DNA from: Azolla caroliniana
Taxonomy: Eukaryota; Plantae; Polypodiophyta
Direction of reading: 5' to 3'
NCBI GenBank assembly: GCA_043228905.1
Contig: JBHGNT010000020.1
Location: 1,426,001-1,490,000, forward strand
Length of the DNA stretch: 64,000 nt
Every line of letters starts with the position of its first letter. Position 1 is the stretch's first letter. The position numbers were made by a program, and so were the translations under genes. The notes beneath the pieces were generated by a model. It was not told the DNA's origin and did no database searches. It saw nothing but the letters and a program-made list of their open reading frames with translations. This document shows, in pieces, positions 1 through 11,600 of the stretch.

Positions 1-1779
1 CCGGGGCCAGAGACTTCGGCGGTTGTGCTCGAATGCCAACGTGAGACCGGAGAGATGGGCGGTGACCGTGAGGAGGTGAGGCCCGGAGAGAGCGCATACG
101 AAGACGAGTATGCGGGGCCCGGAATGGGCGTATACGGTGGGTCCGACGGAGAGGACCGGAGCGGAAACGAGGAGAGAGTCGGGAACCGACCCGACCGGAA
201 TACGGCACGGAAGAAGAAGAGAGTAAGGGCCGGCGAACCGGGCCCAAACCGAAGGGAGCCGGCAAGACCGATTGGCCGGTTACGGTTACGGTTACGGTTA
301 CGATGGGAGCCGGTAAGCGCGAGATGGAGGCTAACCGGGCACGACGACCATGGTTCGGGGGAAAAACGGAAACAAACGAGACCCTCCATACCCACTCTAG
401 AGACTACGGCGGTTGCGGATCAACATAAGACCGGAGAGACGGCGGGTGGCGGCGAGGAGTCGGAGGCCGGAGCGTACGAGGTTACCGGAACGGATATCTG
501 GTACGAGATGGTGGACGGGTGGGTCCAAGACGGCGAGCCCGTGTCGGAACGGGCTACGGCGACAAAGGAGGAGAAGACCGACACGGAGGTCGGGTCTACG
601 GCGGAAGAGCGAGACGAGATGCATGCAATACGGCCGATGGAGGGCCAAGACACAAGCATGCCTACGAAGGAGCCACATCGAGCGACCGAAGATGACGGTC
701 GGATCACGCCTTCGAGAGGCGAATACGAGGAAGAAGGCGGCGACGACGAGACCTGGCACGATGCTAGGGAAGATTGGTGGGAAGAGGTGGCCTACGGAGA
801 GGCTAAGACCGGCGGCCACGAAGATAAGGCCCGAGAGGGATCCTCCACACCGGCTATAGAGACTCCGGCGGTCGGCGCGAGTGCCAACGTGAGACCAAGA
901 GTGGCGGACGGTGGCGGCGAGGGGACGAAGGCCACAACGGATGAAGGCACCGAGAGAGGCATACGGGAGGTCGCGGAGAACGAAGATGTATGCGCCCAAA
1001 AGAACGAACACGACATCACGAAGGATGTGTGCGGTCGAGCGGGCCAAGAGGGCCAAGAGGGTGTTCCTCCGAGCGAAACGGAGGTCGGGGAAGAAAGGTA
1101 CCTTTCCGAAAGGGTACGCGAGGAGGAGCGGAATGCGAAACGTGCAATGCGGCCGCATGAGGGCCAAGCAACGAGCACGGGAACGATGGTATGCTCTACG
1201 GCGAGAGAGCACAGCAAGCAAAGGGAAGGCGAAAAATGCGTGATGGGGTCATCGAAGGACCGAAGCACGAGCACGCATTCGGAGGACAACACCGACGTAC
1301 GGGGAAAGCCTACGGAAGGCAAGCGCGGAGCGAGAAGAGTCGGCACGACGAGGTGCGCGGCACGAAAAAGGCGGATCAGGAGGATATGCGAGGCGAACAA
1401 AGGGTCGGCAACGGCGTTCGGGAGGACCGAACGGGGAGGAAAGCGCGGGCATCGGATATGGCGGTCCGAGTGTAGTCGGTGGTTCGAGGAAACACGGTGG
1501 ACGTGGCGGATCGGGTGGAGGCAACGACTCGGCGAACGTCGTCAAGTGTGGCAGATCGGATGGAGCCGACGGTTCGAGACCATTCGGCGGAGATGGTGGG
1601 CCGGAAGGCGACGGTGGTTCGTGTGGACGGGGTGGACTTGCTCGAAGTGGAAGACGAAGCCGGGCAAGCCCACGAGGTTGTCAAGGGCTCGGTTGGCCGC
1701 CTTGGCCGAAAATCTCGCGTTTTGTCCCCTTTTGGCACATACCGGTGGATGTGCGGTTAGGTGGGGGCGGATGTCGTGA
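1..1779 (+). CDS. Low-complexity Glu/Gly/Arg-rich ORF in the 3' region of the Gypsy element, open from the window edge and ending just inside the LTR
   Basis: The frame has no stop from position 1 to 1779 and contains degenerate repeats (AGAGACT.CGGCGGT at ~9, ~399, ~859). I see no recognisable domain, and GC-rich DNA favours chance ORFs. Confidence 0.35.
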   Translation, partial: PGPETSAVVLECQRETGEMGGDREEVRPGESAYEDEYAGPGMGVYGGSDGEDRSGNEERVGNRPDRNTARKKKRVRAGEPGPNRREPARPIGRLRLRLRLRWEPVSARWRLTGHDDHGSGEKRKQTRPSIPTLETTAVADQHKTGETAGGGEESEAGAYEVTGTDIWYEMVDGWVQDGEPVSERATATKEEKTDTEVGSTAEERDEMHAIRPMEGQDTSMPTKEPHRATEDDGRITPSRGEYEEEGGDDETWHDAREDWWEEVAYGEAKTGGHEDKAREGSSTPAIETPAVGASANVRPRVADGGGEGTKATTDEGTERGIREVAENEDVCAQKNEHDITKDVCGRAGQEGQEGVPPSETEVGEERYLSERVREEERNAKRAMRPHEGQATSTGTMVCSTAREHSKQREGEKCVMGSSKDRSTSTHSEDNTDVRGKPTEGKRGARRVGTTRCAARKRRIRRICEANKGSATAFGRTERGGKRGHRIWRSECSRWFEETRWTWRIGWRQRLGERRQVWQIGWSRRFETIRRRWWAGRRRWFVWTGWTCSKWKTKPGKPTRLSRARLAALAENLAFCPLLAHTGGCAVRWGRMS

Positions 1780-2437
1780 AGATTTTCGTCCGTAGGCGGA
1801 AACCCGAGCGAAGCAAGCAAACCTGCGATGTGCAACATTGCACATCAACATGTTGTATTTCTATTTATCGATAGTGATAAGTATGGTGCTAGAAATGCAC
1901 CTTAGGATTTGTAAAGTGTAAAGATGATGTGCTTTTGCGCGCACATCCACGTGAGAGAGAGAGATAGGTACATAGTAGTTCGTGTAGAGGTGGGAGTTAA
2001 GACCCATCCTTCCCACCTCCCCTAAAATCAAGGGAAATATCCCCATTGATTGAAAGGGGATATTTTGTAGCACCCTTTTTGTAAACGGTCTTCTCTCCTT
2101 GTGCTATAAAAGGAGAGGAAGAGCACCATTGTGGGGGTTGCCTTATTTTTTAGTGTGAGTGAGGTATACCATTTCGTTTTAGGGTTAGGGTTTCGTTTAG
2201 GGTTCCTTAGTTAGGGTTTTCTTGTGTCGTTTGGTGCGGCCTACGCGGCCGCCATTTTGTAATCGGTTTTCGGTTCTAATATATCTTGTTGAGCATTTGG
2301 CCTCCATCTTCCTCTTGTTCATTCTTTCTCTTCTTGTGCTAAGCTCCATTCCGAAGTCCTATTCCTTCTCCCCTTCTCCTTAGTCCAAGACCCCCGTGGT
2401 TCCGCCCTTCTCCACGCACTTGCGAAATATCTCGACA
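1772..2437 (+). repeat. 3' LTR (666 bp)
   Basis: TGTCG...CGACA termini, PPT AGGTGGGGGCGGA immediately upstream, TATAAAA at ~2105. Confidence 0.85.
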
Positions 2438-3566
2438 ACGTGCTTACGTGTTCCACCATACTCTCGCCGTCCCGGTACTTGAGGTTCACTATCTTCCTCA
2501 TCAGGGAGGTCCGGTTCAACGCATTCTTCCTCTCGTAGAGGCCCGACAGCTTCCGCCACATCTCATATGCGTTGGTGTCGTTCGCCACGTGTTGTAGAAC
2601 GCTCACGTCGACGTATTGCCGAATGGTTGCAACGGCTTTCCGGTTCAGAAGCCTCCATTCCGTCTCAAGTACCCCCTTGGGTATTTCCGACCTGTCGATC
2701 GGTTCATAGAGGTCCCGAACAATGAGCAGATCCTCCATCTTTATCTTCCAGTCGGCGTAGTTCTGCGCATTCAGCACCATCATCCCCGGCTGCCCGCTGC
2801 TGCCGCCTTCCATTTTCTGTGTTAACCTGGCTCTGATACCACTTGTTGGACACAGTGCTCGGCCACAACCGAGGAGTAGGATCAATTCACAGAAAACAAA
2901 ATGCACAAAGACAATAGAGAGAAGAGTACACAGGATGTTTTACGTGGAAAACCCTAAATGGGAAAAACCACGGGAGTCCTCAAACTCCAACTATCACTAT
3001 AAGCAGAGATGTACAATGGTGAAGCTACAAGTCAACAACCTTGAGCTCACTATCTTCGCCACAGGCGGCGGTAATACACAGAGGCAGCGACCTCTTCGTC
3101 TCTCTCTCTCTCTCTCTCTCGGCTGCTCTCTTCACTCCCTCTAAGTGAAAACAGAAAAAATGAGCAACAACAAAACCTGTTTGCCCTAAGTCATATTTAT
3201 ACACATATGACTTTCGGGCTATTTACAAATATAGCCTCAAGGGCCCTTGGCAAACATATTCACAAATATGTCCCCGCATCCGGATCTCTCTCCAGGTACA
3301 TTCGTCATCCGGCTCCGTAGCCGGGGTCTTCATCATCCGGCTCCGTAGCCGGGGTCTTCATCATCCGGCTCCGTAGCCGGGGTCTTCATCATCCGGATTC
3401 GGAACCGGGTCTTCATTCTCGATTCCCGGACATTCGACCATCCCATCCGGAGGGACCGTAATCCCAACACTTCCGGTTCTCACCAGCTCTCTTCCAGTTC
3501 TCCTCCGGTTTCCGGATCTCTTCCAATTCTCACCGGGTCCCATCCGGAGGGACCGATTTCCCAACA
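2438..3566 (-). mobile_element. Copia A (Tork/Tnt1-like): 5' LTR 2844-3566, tRNA-iMet PBS 2829-2841, gag N-terminus from ATG 2813
   Basis: PBS TGGTATCAGAGCC on the minus strand. Gag reads LNAQNYADWKIKMEDLL...NLKYRDGESMVEHVST. The LTR shares motifs with Copia G (GCTCGGCCACAACCGAG, TTTACGTGGAAA, CATCCGGAGGGACC...CCCAACA). It is inserted in the gag of Gypsy B. Confidence 0.9.
3305..3415. repeat. 28-bp tandem repeat (3 perfect copies + 1 degenerate) in U3 of the Copia A LTR
   Basis: TCATCCGGCTCCGTAGCCGGGGTCTTCA at 3305, 3333 and 3361; degenerate copy at 3389. Confidence 0.95.
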
Positions 3567-3823
3567 TGATGCATCCCGAGTAGGCCTGCTAGGCACGTTG
3601 CTTAGCGGCTCAGCCTTGGCATGGTTCGCTCCGCTTCTAGAAAAACAATCGCCCTTGCTTAATAACTTTGAAGACTTTATTAGCGAGTTTAAAGCCTACT
3701 TTGGAGATACCGATAGCATCAGGACGGCAATCAACAAAATCCGACGATTGTGTCAAGGTGATCGTCCAGCCTCTGCATACGCGGTGGATTTCCGTCTACT
3801 CACCTCAGATATTCCCTGGGATG

Positions 3824-4178
3824 TGATATGTCCGAGAACCTAAGTCTATACCTGTAATCTTAGATAACCCATGTATACGCCCATTACGGAGATAGTGTGA
3901 ATACGTCCATGCGGAAGATCAAGAAGCATTCGATTGCTGTTGAGTACCTGCGTATGACAGTTTCTAGGTCGTTGCACAGAGATGGAGAGAGGGAGAGAGA
4001 GAGAGAGACACAAAAGACTCTTTATTCACAGAGCAATAATACAACACCCAACCTTACAAAAAGGTTGCAAGGTCACTATATATAGTGACCGACTTAGGGC
4101 AACTACCCTTTATGCTAATTACATAAATGGCCAAAACGAGATAGTGTGAATACGTCCATTATACACATGTATTCGACA
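3824..4178 (-). mobile_element. Solo LTR (355 bp) of the Copia H family, inserted in Gypsy B gag
   Basis: TG...CA termini; 5-bp TSD GGATG at 3819-3823 and 4179-4183. 3910-4178 is the reverse complement of 60992-61264. Confidence 0.93.
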
Positions 4179-4735
4179 GGATGATCAGGCACTAATGGAG
4201 CAGTTTCACTACAGCCTGCGAAATGATGTCAAAGATTTACTTTTAACCTTCCCCAAGAACCAAAGTCTCTTACAAAGGCAATCAATCGAGCGGTCCGATG
4301 CAACAACCGCCTTTTCGAACGACATTCAGAACGTCAATTACAAATACCATGCCCTAGGCCGGAGCCCACATACGCCTTAGTCACAGCTAAACCGTTTGTA
4401 CGAGATGTATCTCAAGAAAATACTCTGACACCAATGAAGATCGACACCATGCGTCAACGTGGCCCGTTATCGGAAGAAGAAAAGCAAAGACGACGTGCAA
4501 ATCGATTATGTCTTTATTGCGGTGAACCAGGACATATCACAATCAACTGTCCTCATAGGCCAAGAAGACAGGTAAATCAAATCGTAGCCTGTACTAAACC
4601 TAAGTCAATTCCCTTAGGAGTGTCTGATAGTATTAATAGTACTAATAGCCCAGGAATCTCAAACAAATTTGAAATCCTTAGTCAATTAGAAGAAGAGTTA
4701 AACAACTGAGTCCAGCCAAAATAGGAGTCGTTTGG

Positions 4736-7485
4736 TTGGATAGCCCGAGATCTGTGCAACCCATTAGTGGTTCCATTCCCTCTGGGCAAGTTAGCAATGT
4801 GTTCTTAGCCCAAGTCATGGTTAGTACTAAAATTACCCCTCCAATACACGTCTTAGCACTTTTAGATTCTGGAGCCAATTCCTGTTTTATGGATCAGAAT
4901 TTTGCCCAAGCTTCTCAAATATCCTTAAGAAAACTTCCTTGCCCCGCATCTGTAGTAGTCATTGATGGTCGTCCCATTGCTTCCGGGAATATTATAGAAG
5001 AGTCAGAACCCATTCAGGTTGTCCTAGGTAGTTTTGTGTGTGTGGTATCATTTAATATAATTAGTAGTCCAGAGCATCCCATTGTACTGGGATTACCTTG
5101 GTTTGAATTACATAATCCAGACATAGATTGGAGAACAAGAGAAGTCCAGTATCGACAACCCCGAGAATCTACTCATCGAGTTTCGACCATTTCACTCCAT
5201 CAATTACGCGAAGGACGCAAGGAGGCAATGTTTCTATTTACAATATCAGTACATCCTTCCAACAATATTAAGAAGGAATCCTTAGTTCAACTTCCGGCAA
5301 AATATCATCCTTATGCCGATGTATTTGACAAGGTAAAAGCCGGTACTCTTCCACATCATCGTCCCTACGATTGTCCCATTGATTTACAACCAGGAACAGA
5401 GCCACCATGGGGACCAATTTACAACTTGTCCCCAACTGAGTTAGAAGTCCTTCGAGCCTACATAGAAGAGAATTTGGCAAGCGGGTTTATTCGTCACTCG
5501 AAATCTTCGGCCGGTGCACCAATTTTCTTTGTCAAGAAGAAAGATGGATCACTTCGTCTCGTCGTTGATTACCGCGGCTTGAATAAGGTCACCATCAGGA
5601 ATAGGTATGCACTTCCCCTTATATCAAGTCTTTTAGAGCGAGTAAATGGTGCCAAGTTTTTTACAAAAATCGACCTACGAGGAGCGTATAACCTCGTGTG
5701 GATCCGACTGGGAGATGAATGGAAGACCGCTTTTCGCACCCGATATGGGAACTTCGAGTATACCGTTATGCCGTTCGGTCTAACCAATGCACCCACAGTC
5801 TTCCAGCACATGGCAAATGATATATTCAGAGACCTCTTGGATATCTGTTTGATCATCCATCTAGATGATCTATTGATTTATTCGAAGACCCAAGAAGAGC
5901 ATGATTCTCATGTACTATTAGTACTAAAATGACTCCGAGAGAATGGTTTTTATGCCAAATTGGAAAACTGTAGCTTTGACTGCAAGCAAGTGGAATTTCT
6001 AGGCTACGTCATCTCCTCAAAGGGCCTCTCCATGGATCCAGTTAAAGTCAAAATTGTGTTAGAGTGGCAAACTCCACGTTCGTTACGAGGTGTACAATGT
6101 TTCCTAGGCTTTGCTAACTTCTACCGCAAGTTTATACAATATTACTCAAAGATTATTTTGCCTCTCACACAGCTAACCAAGAAGGGACATGCATTTCTTT
6201 GGTCCAATGAAGCGAACATGGCTTTTATGCATCTTAGGAAAGCCTTTACATCAGCTCCTATTCTAGCTCATGTGGATACAAACAAACCATTCATCATGGA
6301 GGCCGACGCATCGGATTTTGCCCTCGGTAGCATCCTTTCACAACAAGGAGATAAAGAAAAGTTACATCATGTGGCTTTCCATTTGCGCAAATTTGATGCC
6401 GCGGAAATCAACTACGAGATACATGACAAGGAGTTATTAGGCATCGTGGATTCATTTGTGCAATGACGGCACTTCTTAGAGGGCTCTCCACATCAAGCCA
6501 TCGTTTTCAGTTATCATAAAAATCTTGCTTATTCTAGAACGCTCGTGTACTAAATCGACGGCAAGCTTGGTGGGCCCAATCCCTCACACGTTTTGACTTC
6601 AAAATCACATATCGGCCGGGGAAGCAGCAAGGAAAGGTAGATGCACTATCGTCCTAGTGATCCAGCATTTGATAATCAAAAGCAGGTAATCTTGGGACCA
6701 ACACGTTTGCACACAACATGGATTTTTCACACTCCACTGGATTCCTGGATTATTGATGCCATACGTGCCAACTTGAAGACAAACAGTTTTGCTCAAGCCA
6801 TTCTAGCGCAAATTGATACCTCTTGGGCATCCTATTCCCAGTCTCAACAACCAGGTATGGACTACCGACAATTCGAATATCATGATGGTTTGTTATCCTT
6901 TAAAAAGTTCGTATATGTTCCCGATTGCTCCTATCACCTTCAAATCGTCTAAAATTGTCATGACACGCATACAGCGGGACATTTCGGTAGTACTAAGACG
7001 TTGGATCTAGTTCAACGATCTTTTTGGTGGCCCCATATGCGACGTTTTGTCGACGACTACGTTCGAACATGTGATGCTTGTTACCGAGCAAAGATGCCAC
7101 GACATCATCCATATGGCTTGTTGCAATCCTTACCAATTCCAAGTAAGTAGTGGCAGTCCATTTGTCTTTATTTTATCACAGATCTTCCAGTCTCGAAGGG
7201 TTTCGATGCTATCTTAACCGTCGTCGATCGATATACTAAGATGGCACATTTTGTGCCTTGTACTAAGGCCATCACAAGTGAAGAAACTGTCGCCCTGGTC
7301 ATGCGTGAGGTATTTCGGCATCATGGCCTCCTAGACAGTATCATTAGTGACTGAGGACCTCAATTTGTCTCCAAATTTTGGAAGCATCTCTTTAAGATGC
7401 TCAAGGTCTCTTGCAACCTCTCCTCCGGCTACCATCCCCAGACCGATGGACAGGCAGAACGAACAAATCAAACGTTGGAACAAGA
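4736..7485 (+). pseudogene. Gypsy B pol (PR-RT-RNH-partial INT) with stops and frameshifts
   Basis: ORF fragments 4736-5932, 5960-6466, 6641-6952 and 7397-7485 carry sequential pol motifs; in-frame TGA stops where CGA or TGG is expected. Confidence 0.9.
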
Positions 7486-7611
7486 CTTATGCAGATCGTC
7501 ATCGGCTTCCCTCCTCTTTTGCCATCGGACAGTATTCGGACAAACCCGGTCCTCAATCAACGACGACTCGTTACACTCATCCTCTTAAGGGGGGGATAGT
7601 GTCATGATATG

Positions 7612-7672
7612 GCAAGACTCAAACCAATGACCTTATGTTATATGGGTCGAGCTCTCGACCATTACACTATCT
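7612..7672 (-). ncRNA. tRNA-like Pol III promoter cassette in the Gypsy B LTR, antisense to the element
   Basis: The minus strand reads TAGTGTAATGG (A box)...AAGGTCATT GGTTTGAGTC (B box with C>T decay). Confidence 0.55.
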
Positions 7673-7903
7673 ATTGTAATACGTAGGATATTTTTTCCAT
7701 TTAAGTTTTATTATAGAAAATTAATGTATATTCCAGATTTCTCTAGAACATTCTAGAAGCTTTAGGACTACTCCTGAGAGCACTATAAAAGGAGGCACAA
7801 GGCATTATTTCGAACCAAATTGGTTCAACGCTAGTCTTAAGCCTCATAGCTATTTTGTACTTACTCTTCATATAAAATATCATCTATTATCATCATCTCT
7901 CTT

Positions 7904-7953
<50 letters not shown>

Positions 7954-8699
7954 TTTCTCTCTTCCTCTCTCAGGACTCTTACGCAGTCTCGTCCTCTTAG
8001 TACTAATAGTACTTCCCTTCTCCAGTACTAATTCTCTCTTTGTTTTAGTATTATTCCTAATTGGTGGGGGTAAGGGGTGGGTCTTGCGGACGATATCAAG
8101 ACTATGATGTGGAGGAAGATGGCATTATACTGTAGCTCATATGGGCTACAGTGGCACAAATGATGTGGTCATAGGAAGCATGTCCAAATGATACGGGTGG
8201 TGCAACGAAGTCATATGGAAGCTCCTTATATGTTAAAGGCAATGCAAGAGGTATGGGAGCTGCTATGCACCACCACAATGTGGTTTATTTGGACTACTAG
8301 ATGTTCTCAGGTTTTTGGTAATACTAATGTTCATCCAGTGGAAAGTGTACATACCTTGAAAGGACAAAATGATGAAATTACATGTGAGACAGATGTTGCA
8401 GTGTTGCAACGCCTTGAATTTATCGCCTATTGGAAGAAGGCCCCTTTTCTCACACTACAAAATGCAAGACCCATGTGGTGCTTAGCACCACCAGTATGGT
8501 TGTTCCCACCACCAATCACATAACTAGGTTATGGAGTGGTGGAGTGTTGATACTATTTATCCTTTAGGGATGGGGACCCAAGGAAGAGTGCAACATACCA
8601 ATGCTAGCTTGACGGTAGGTCAACATTCTTGTAATAATTGTTTATAACTAATGAAAGGATATTTTCTAGGCAAAAAAAAAAACACAAATGCAATGCATC

Positions 8700-10200
8700 A
8701 TGAGCAATTCTATGATTATGATGGGGGCTCTAGCTAACACTTGCACTTCCTATAATCCATCTTCGTGAATATAGACATTGCCACACTTTGGGCGTATATG
8801 AGAGTCTAGGGAAACAACCATATACATCTGCCCCATTACATCAAACAATTGCTATAGTTGCATAGGTGTAGCCTAAGACCTTTTAACTATACTTCCTCAA
8901 AGTTAATACATTTTGCAATATATAAAGCTTGTTACCTAATAGCCAACCACACATATGCTGCAACCTAGGATTCCTTATTATAGCCACAGAATGGAAACAA
9001 AAAGCCAACAAGAGATTGTATAGATTTGAATAGAATATGAACTTGCAATGGCACAACACCATGATCAATCAAATCCCCAACAAAAATTAAAAATTCTAAC
9101 CCATATGGGGCATTCCAATCTGAAACTAAAGAATCACACATGTTTTCAACATGAGAACTTATTGGAATCATGGGAATAGATTGGCATTCAAACCTACTAA
9201 ACTTGAGGATCGTTTCATGAAGCGATTCAATAGATGAGGTGAAGATATTAACGAAGGTCGTTGATTATCCATGTGTGTTATCCTAGTGTTCTCTATAGCC
9301 AATGATTGAGTTTTTTGTAGGCCAACATCTTCCACATTGGAATAAGAACTTGAAGGATCATTAATAGTTTTGTGTTGCCCTATCCTTTGATGGATCAATG
9401 TCATCTCTTAGACTCTTTCGGCTCCACACATCTACATTAGATTGTGGTAATGATTCTTCTTGCCCTTGTAAAGCATCATAACGGCTTCCACATATCTAAG
9501 TATGTATGTCCTCAACTATTTTATTCTCTTGTGAACATTTTTACCCACTCGCTGCCGCATCTCATCCATGGATGCTTAAACATTTTCCTCTTGTTTACTT
9601 CCAAAAACCGGTTGAAATGGTTGCCCCCAATCCGAAATAACATCATCACTTGGATTGACTATCGGTTGAACATTGTGGGGTCTAGACCTTTTCTTTCAGG
9701 AAATCTTTCATGACATGGCTTATTTTCTTACAATAGAAACATTGACCAGGTATAGCTAAATATTCCAGCCTCGACATGATCATAATGTTCAGCCTGACTA
9801 GCTAAATTATTCAAAGAGTACACTAAAATATGAATAGATGGTAAACTTGTAATAATTAATATATACAATTAGACATATGTATCAATTTGTGCTACCATTG
9901 ATGGAAGCACGAACATGTAATCCTTGGGAAACCTCAAAAAAACAAAAGAGATAGGGACTAACCATGGCCCAAACTCAAAATCTCTTATGGGATCAAATCC
10001 GGGCTTCCATGGCAAAAAGCAGGCAACATCCCTTAAACTAATCATTTTCACCTTCAACATTTCATCAACGTACTTGACCATATCCACTTCTATATGATAG
10101 AAACCCTTTCTCAAAATTTGAACATAAAGTCTTTTATACATGTTTTGCCTCAAATGTTCGGCTATAAACTTTTGAGAATGAGAACAGCATATTGTGATTT
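8700..10200 (-). mobile_element. Possible highly degenerate L1 LINE fragment (ORF1 and endonuclease region)
   Basis: 9869-10204 contains FLPWKPGFDP...PISFVFLRFPKDY, resembling plant L1 ORF1 (DUF4283 region). Endonuclease-like traces downstream are weak. Boundaries are uncertain. Confidence 0.35.
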
Positions 10201-10286
10201 GCATACATTAGAAAGTATTCAAACTAAGATGCTAAAAGAACCTTCACTTAAAATGTTTAAAAAGATCTTGGTCTGAGGTTTTGAAT

Positions 10287-10523
10287 ACTAGATGTTACTT
10301 AGCACCATTACATGGCCCTTTAGAATATCTAAACAAAAGCAAAAGTATTATTACTTCTATTCATTATCATCTTGTACAAATCATGACACATTTATCTAGT
10401 GTCCATTTTACACGGACACTAGATGTTACTTAGCACCATTACATGGCCCTTTAGAATATTTAAACAAAAGCAAAAGTATTACTTCTATTCATTATCATCT
10501 TGTACAAATCATGACACATTTAT
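10287..10523. repeat. Direct duplication of ~108 bp separated by a hairpin
   Basis: ACTAGATGTTACTTAGCACC...CATGACACATTTAT at 10287-10395 and 10419-10523. Confidence 0.9.
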
Positions 10524-11026
10524 GAAGCATGAGATATCAACAAACTTACAAACCAAGTCACAATAGATGAGGAACCTTAATTTAGTGTGTATCTGCAAGT
10601 GCCACAATCTACCTAGAGTAATTTGCTCAGACATGTGAGGGCGGAGTGTACACCTTCTCTAAGAAGAAAAGAACTAAATAATCTGAAAACTTTCGGAAAC
10701 CTATCTCAAAAGGCTACACAGAAACACATCGGTGAAGAGTGGCCTGACAAATGGCCACTTGCACATCCCGAGTGCGGAAAGAAACAATCCTCTAAAGGTA
10801 ATGGATGTAATAAAGAACATGCACATCTATCTTCATACTGAATTATAACAAGATAAAGAAATCCTATACTTGGTCTTCATCGAACCGTGTGATATCGGTG
10901 TGTTCTTGGAAGCTCCATGCCACCTTACATGTAACTCTTTAGTTGCTAGACGAATGTGGGTTAAACTTAGCTTCAAGAAGTAAAAACTTCCTTTGATCTC
11001 TTGATCCATATTTTCTAGTTCCACTT

Positions 11027-11281
11027 TCATGATCCTGACAGATTCGAACTCGCAACCTCCGATGCTTCAGCTTCATTATCAAAACAAGTTTGCTTGTGGA
11101 AATTAGCTCTTGCAGATGGGAGGTTTGCTTTCAGATTGAGTAGATATTGTGTCATGTCCTCCAAGCTTTGCTCCAGATGAGCTACCTGCTTCGTTCGCTC
11201 TTTCAGCTGACGTTCGGTTTCTTCTAGCCGAGCTTTCAGTTCATCTCGTTCCATCTCTATCGTCAAGGGTTGGTTCGATAC
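11027..11281 (-). CDS. Host gene, last coding exon (coiled coil, VSNQPLTIEMERDELKARLEETERQLKE...SGS*)
   Basis: Branch-like GCTAAC followed by AAAAGCAG|G acceptor at 11282. The phase-0 join to the upstream exon keeps the frame; TGA at 11027-11029. Confidence 0.8.
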   Translation of the reverse strand, partial: VSNQPLTIEMERDELKARLEETERQLKERTKQVAHLEQSLEDMTQYLLNLKANLPSARANFHKQTCFDNEAEASEVASSNLSGS

Positions 11282-11465
11282 CTGCTTTTGTTAGCATGGA
11301 ATCCCAAATCAAGCATAATCTATGGGATGTGTATTTAAAATCTCAACTATATATGTAACAATCTATATAGTATGTATACCGTAACACTCTGTATAGTATG
11401 TATCCCCAACTATATGTGTGTATGTATACAATATACTGAGATTCATATGCAAACCATTGCATTTT

Positions 11466-11600
11466 GTGTATTTATTCGGATTAAATCTTGAACATTATTG
11501 AGATCTTACATGAAGCCCACTTTTTGTCTATGTTCTTCTTGTGTATTTATTGGATTAAATCTTGAACATTACTGAGATCTTATATGAAACCCACTTTTTT
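11466..11600. repeat. Intronic tandem duplication, ~74-bp period, 2 copies
   Basis: TGTGTATTTATT(C)GGATTAAATCTTGAACATTA.TGAGATCTTA occurs twice. Confidence 0.85.

Larger units (their letters stand above)
1..2437 (+). mobile_element. 3' part of a Ty3/Gypsy element related to the tRNA-Trp-primed element at 39399-46687, inserted into the gag of Copia A
   Basis: 1731-1800 (TTTGGCACATACCGGTGGATGTGCGGTTAGGTGGGGGCGGA|TGTCGTGAAG) matches the reverse complement of the PPT/LTR junction at 40165-40225. The end of its LTR (GACCCCCGTGGTTCCGCC...GCGAAATATCTCGACA) matches the reverse complement of 39399-39455. Confidence 0.85.
3567..8098 (+). mobile_element. Gypsy B, Tcn1-like chromovirus (5' end outside window); degenerate gag-pol with internal deletions in the integrase C-terminus; 3' LTR ~7600-8098
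   Basis: Gag LLSGSALAWF and knuckle CLYCGEPGHITINC; PR LLDSGAN; [10 protein letters not shown] and HLDDLLIYS; RNH ADASDFALG; partial INT. PPT AAGGGGGGGATAG is followed by TGTCATG. The right LTR end (GATATCA 8098) is inferred because no second LTR is available. Confidence 0.85.

Noticed and set aside
1829-1855. Separate insertion beginning at the palindromes TGTGCAACATTGCACA and CAACATGTTG
   Set aside because: No TSD or matching end was found; it is simply within the 1772-2437 LTR.
3305-3415. CRISPR-like palindromic 28-bp repeats
   Set aside because: The units are contiguous with no spacers, lie inside a Copia LTR, and there are no cas genes.
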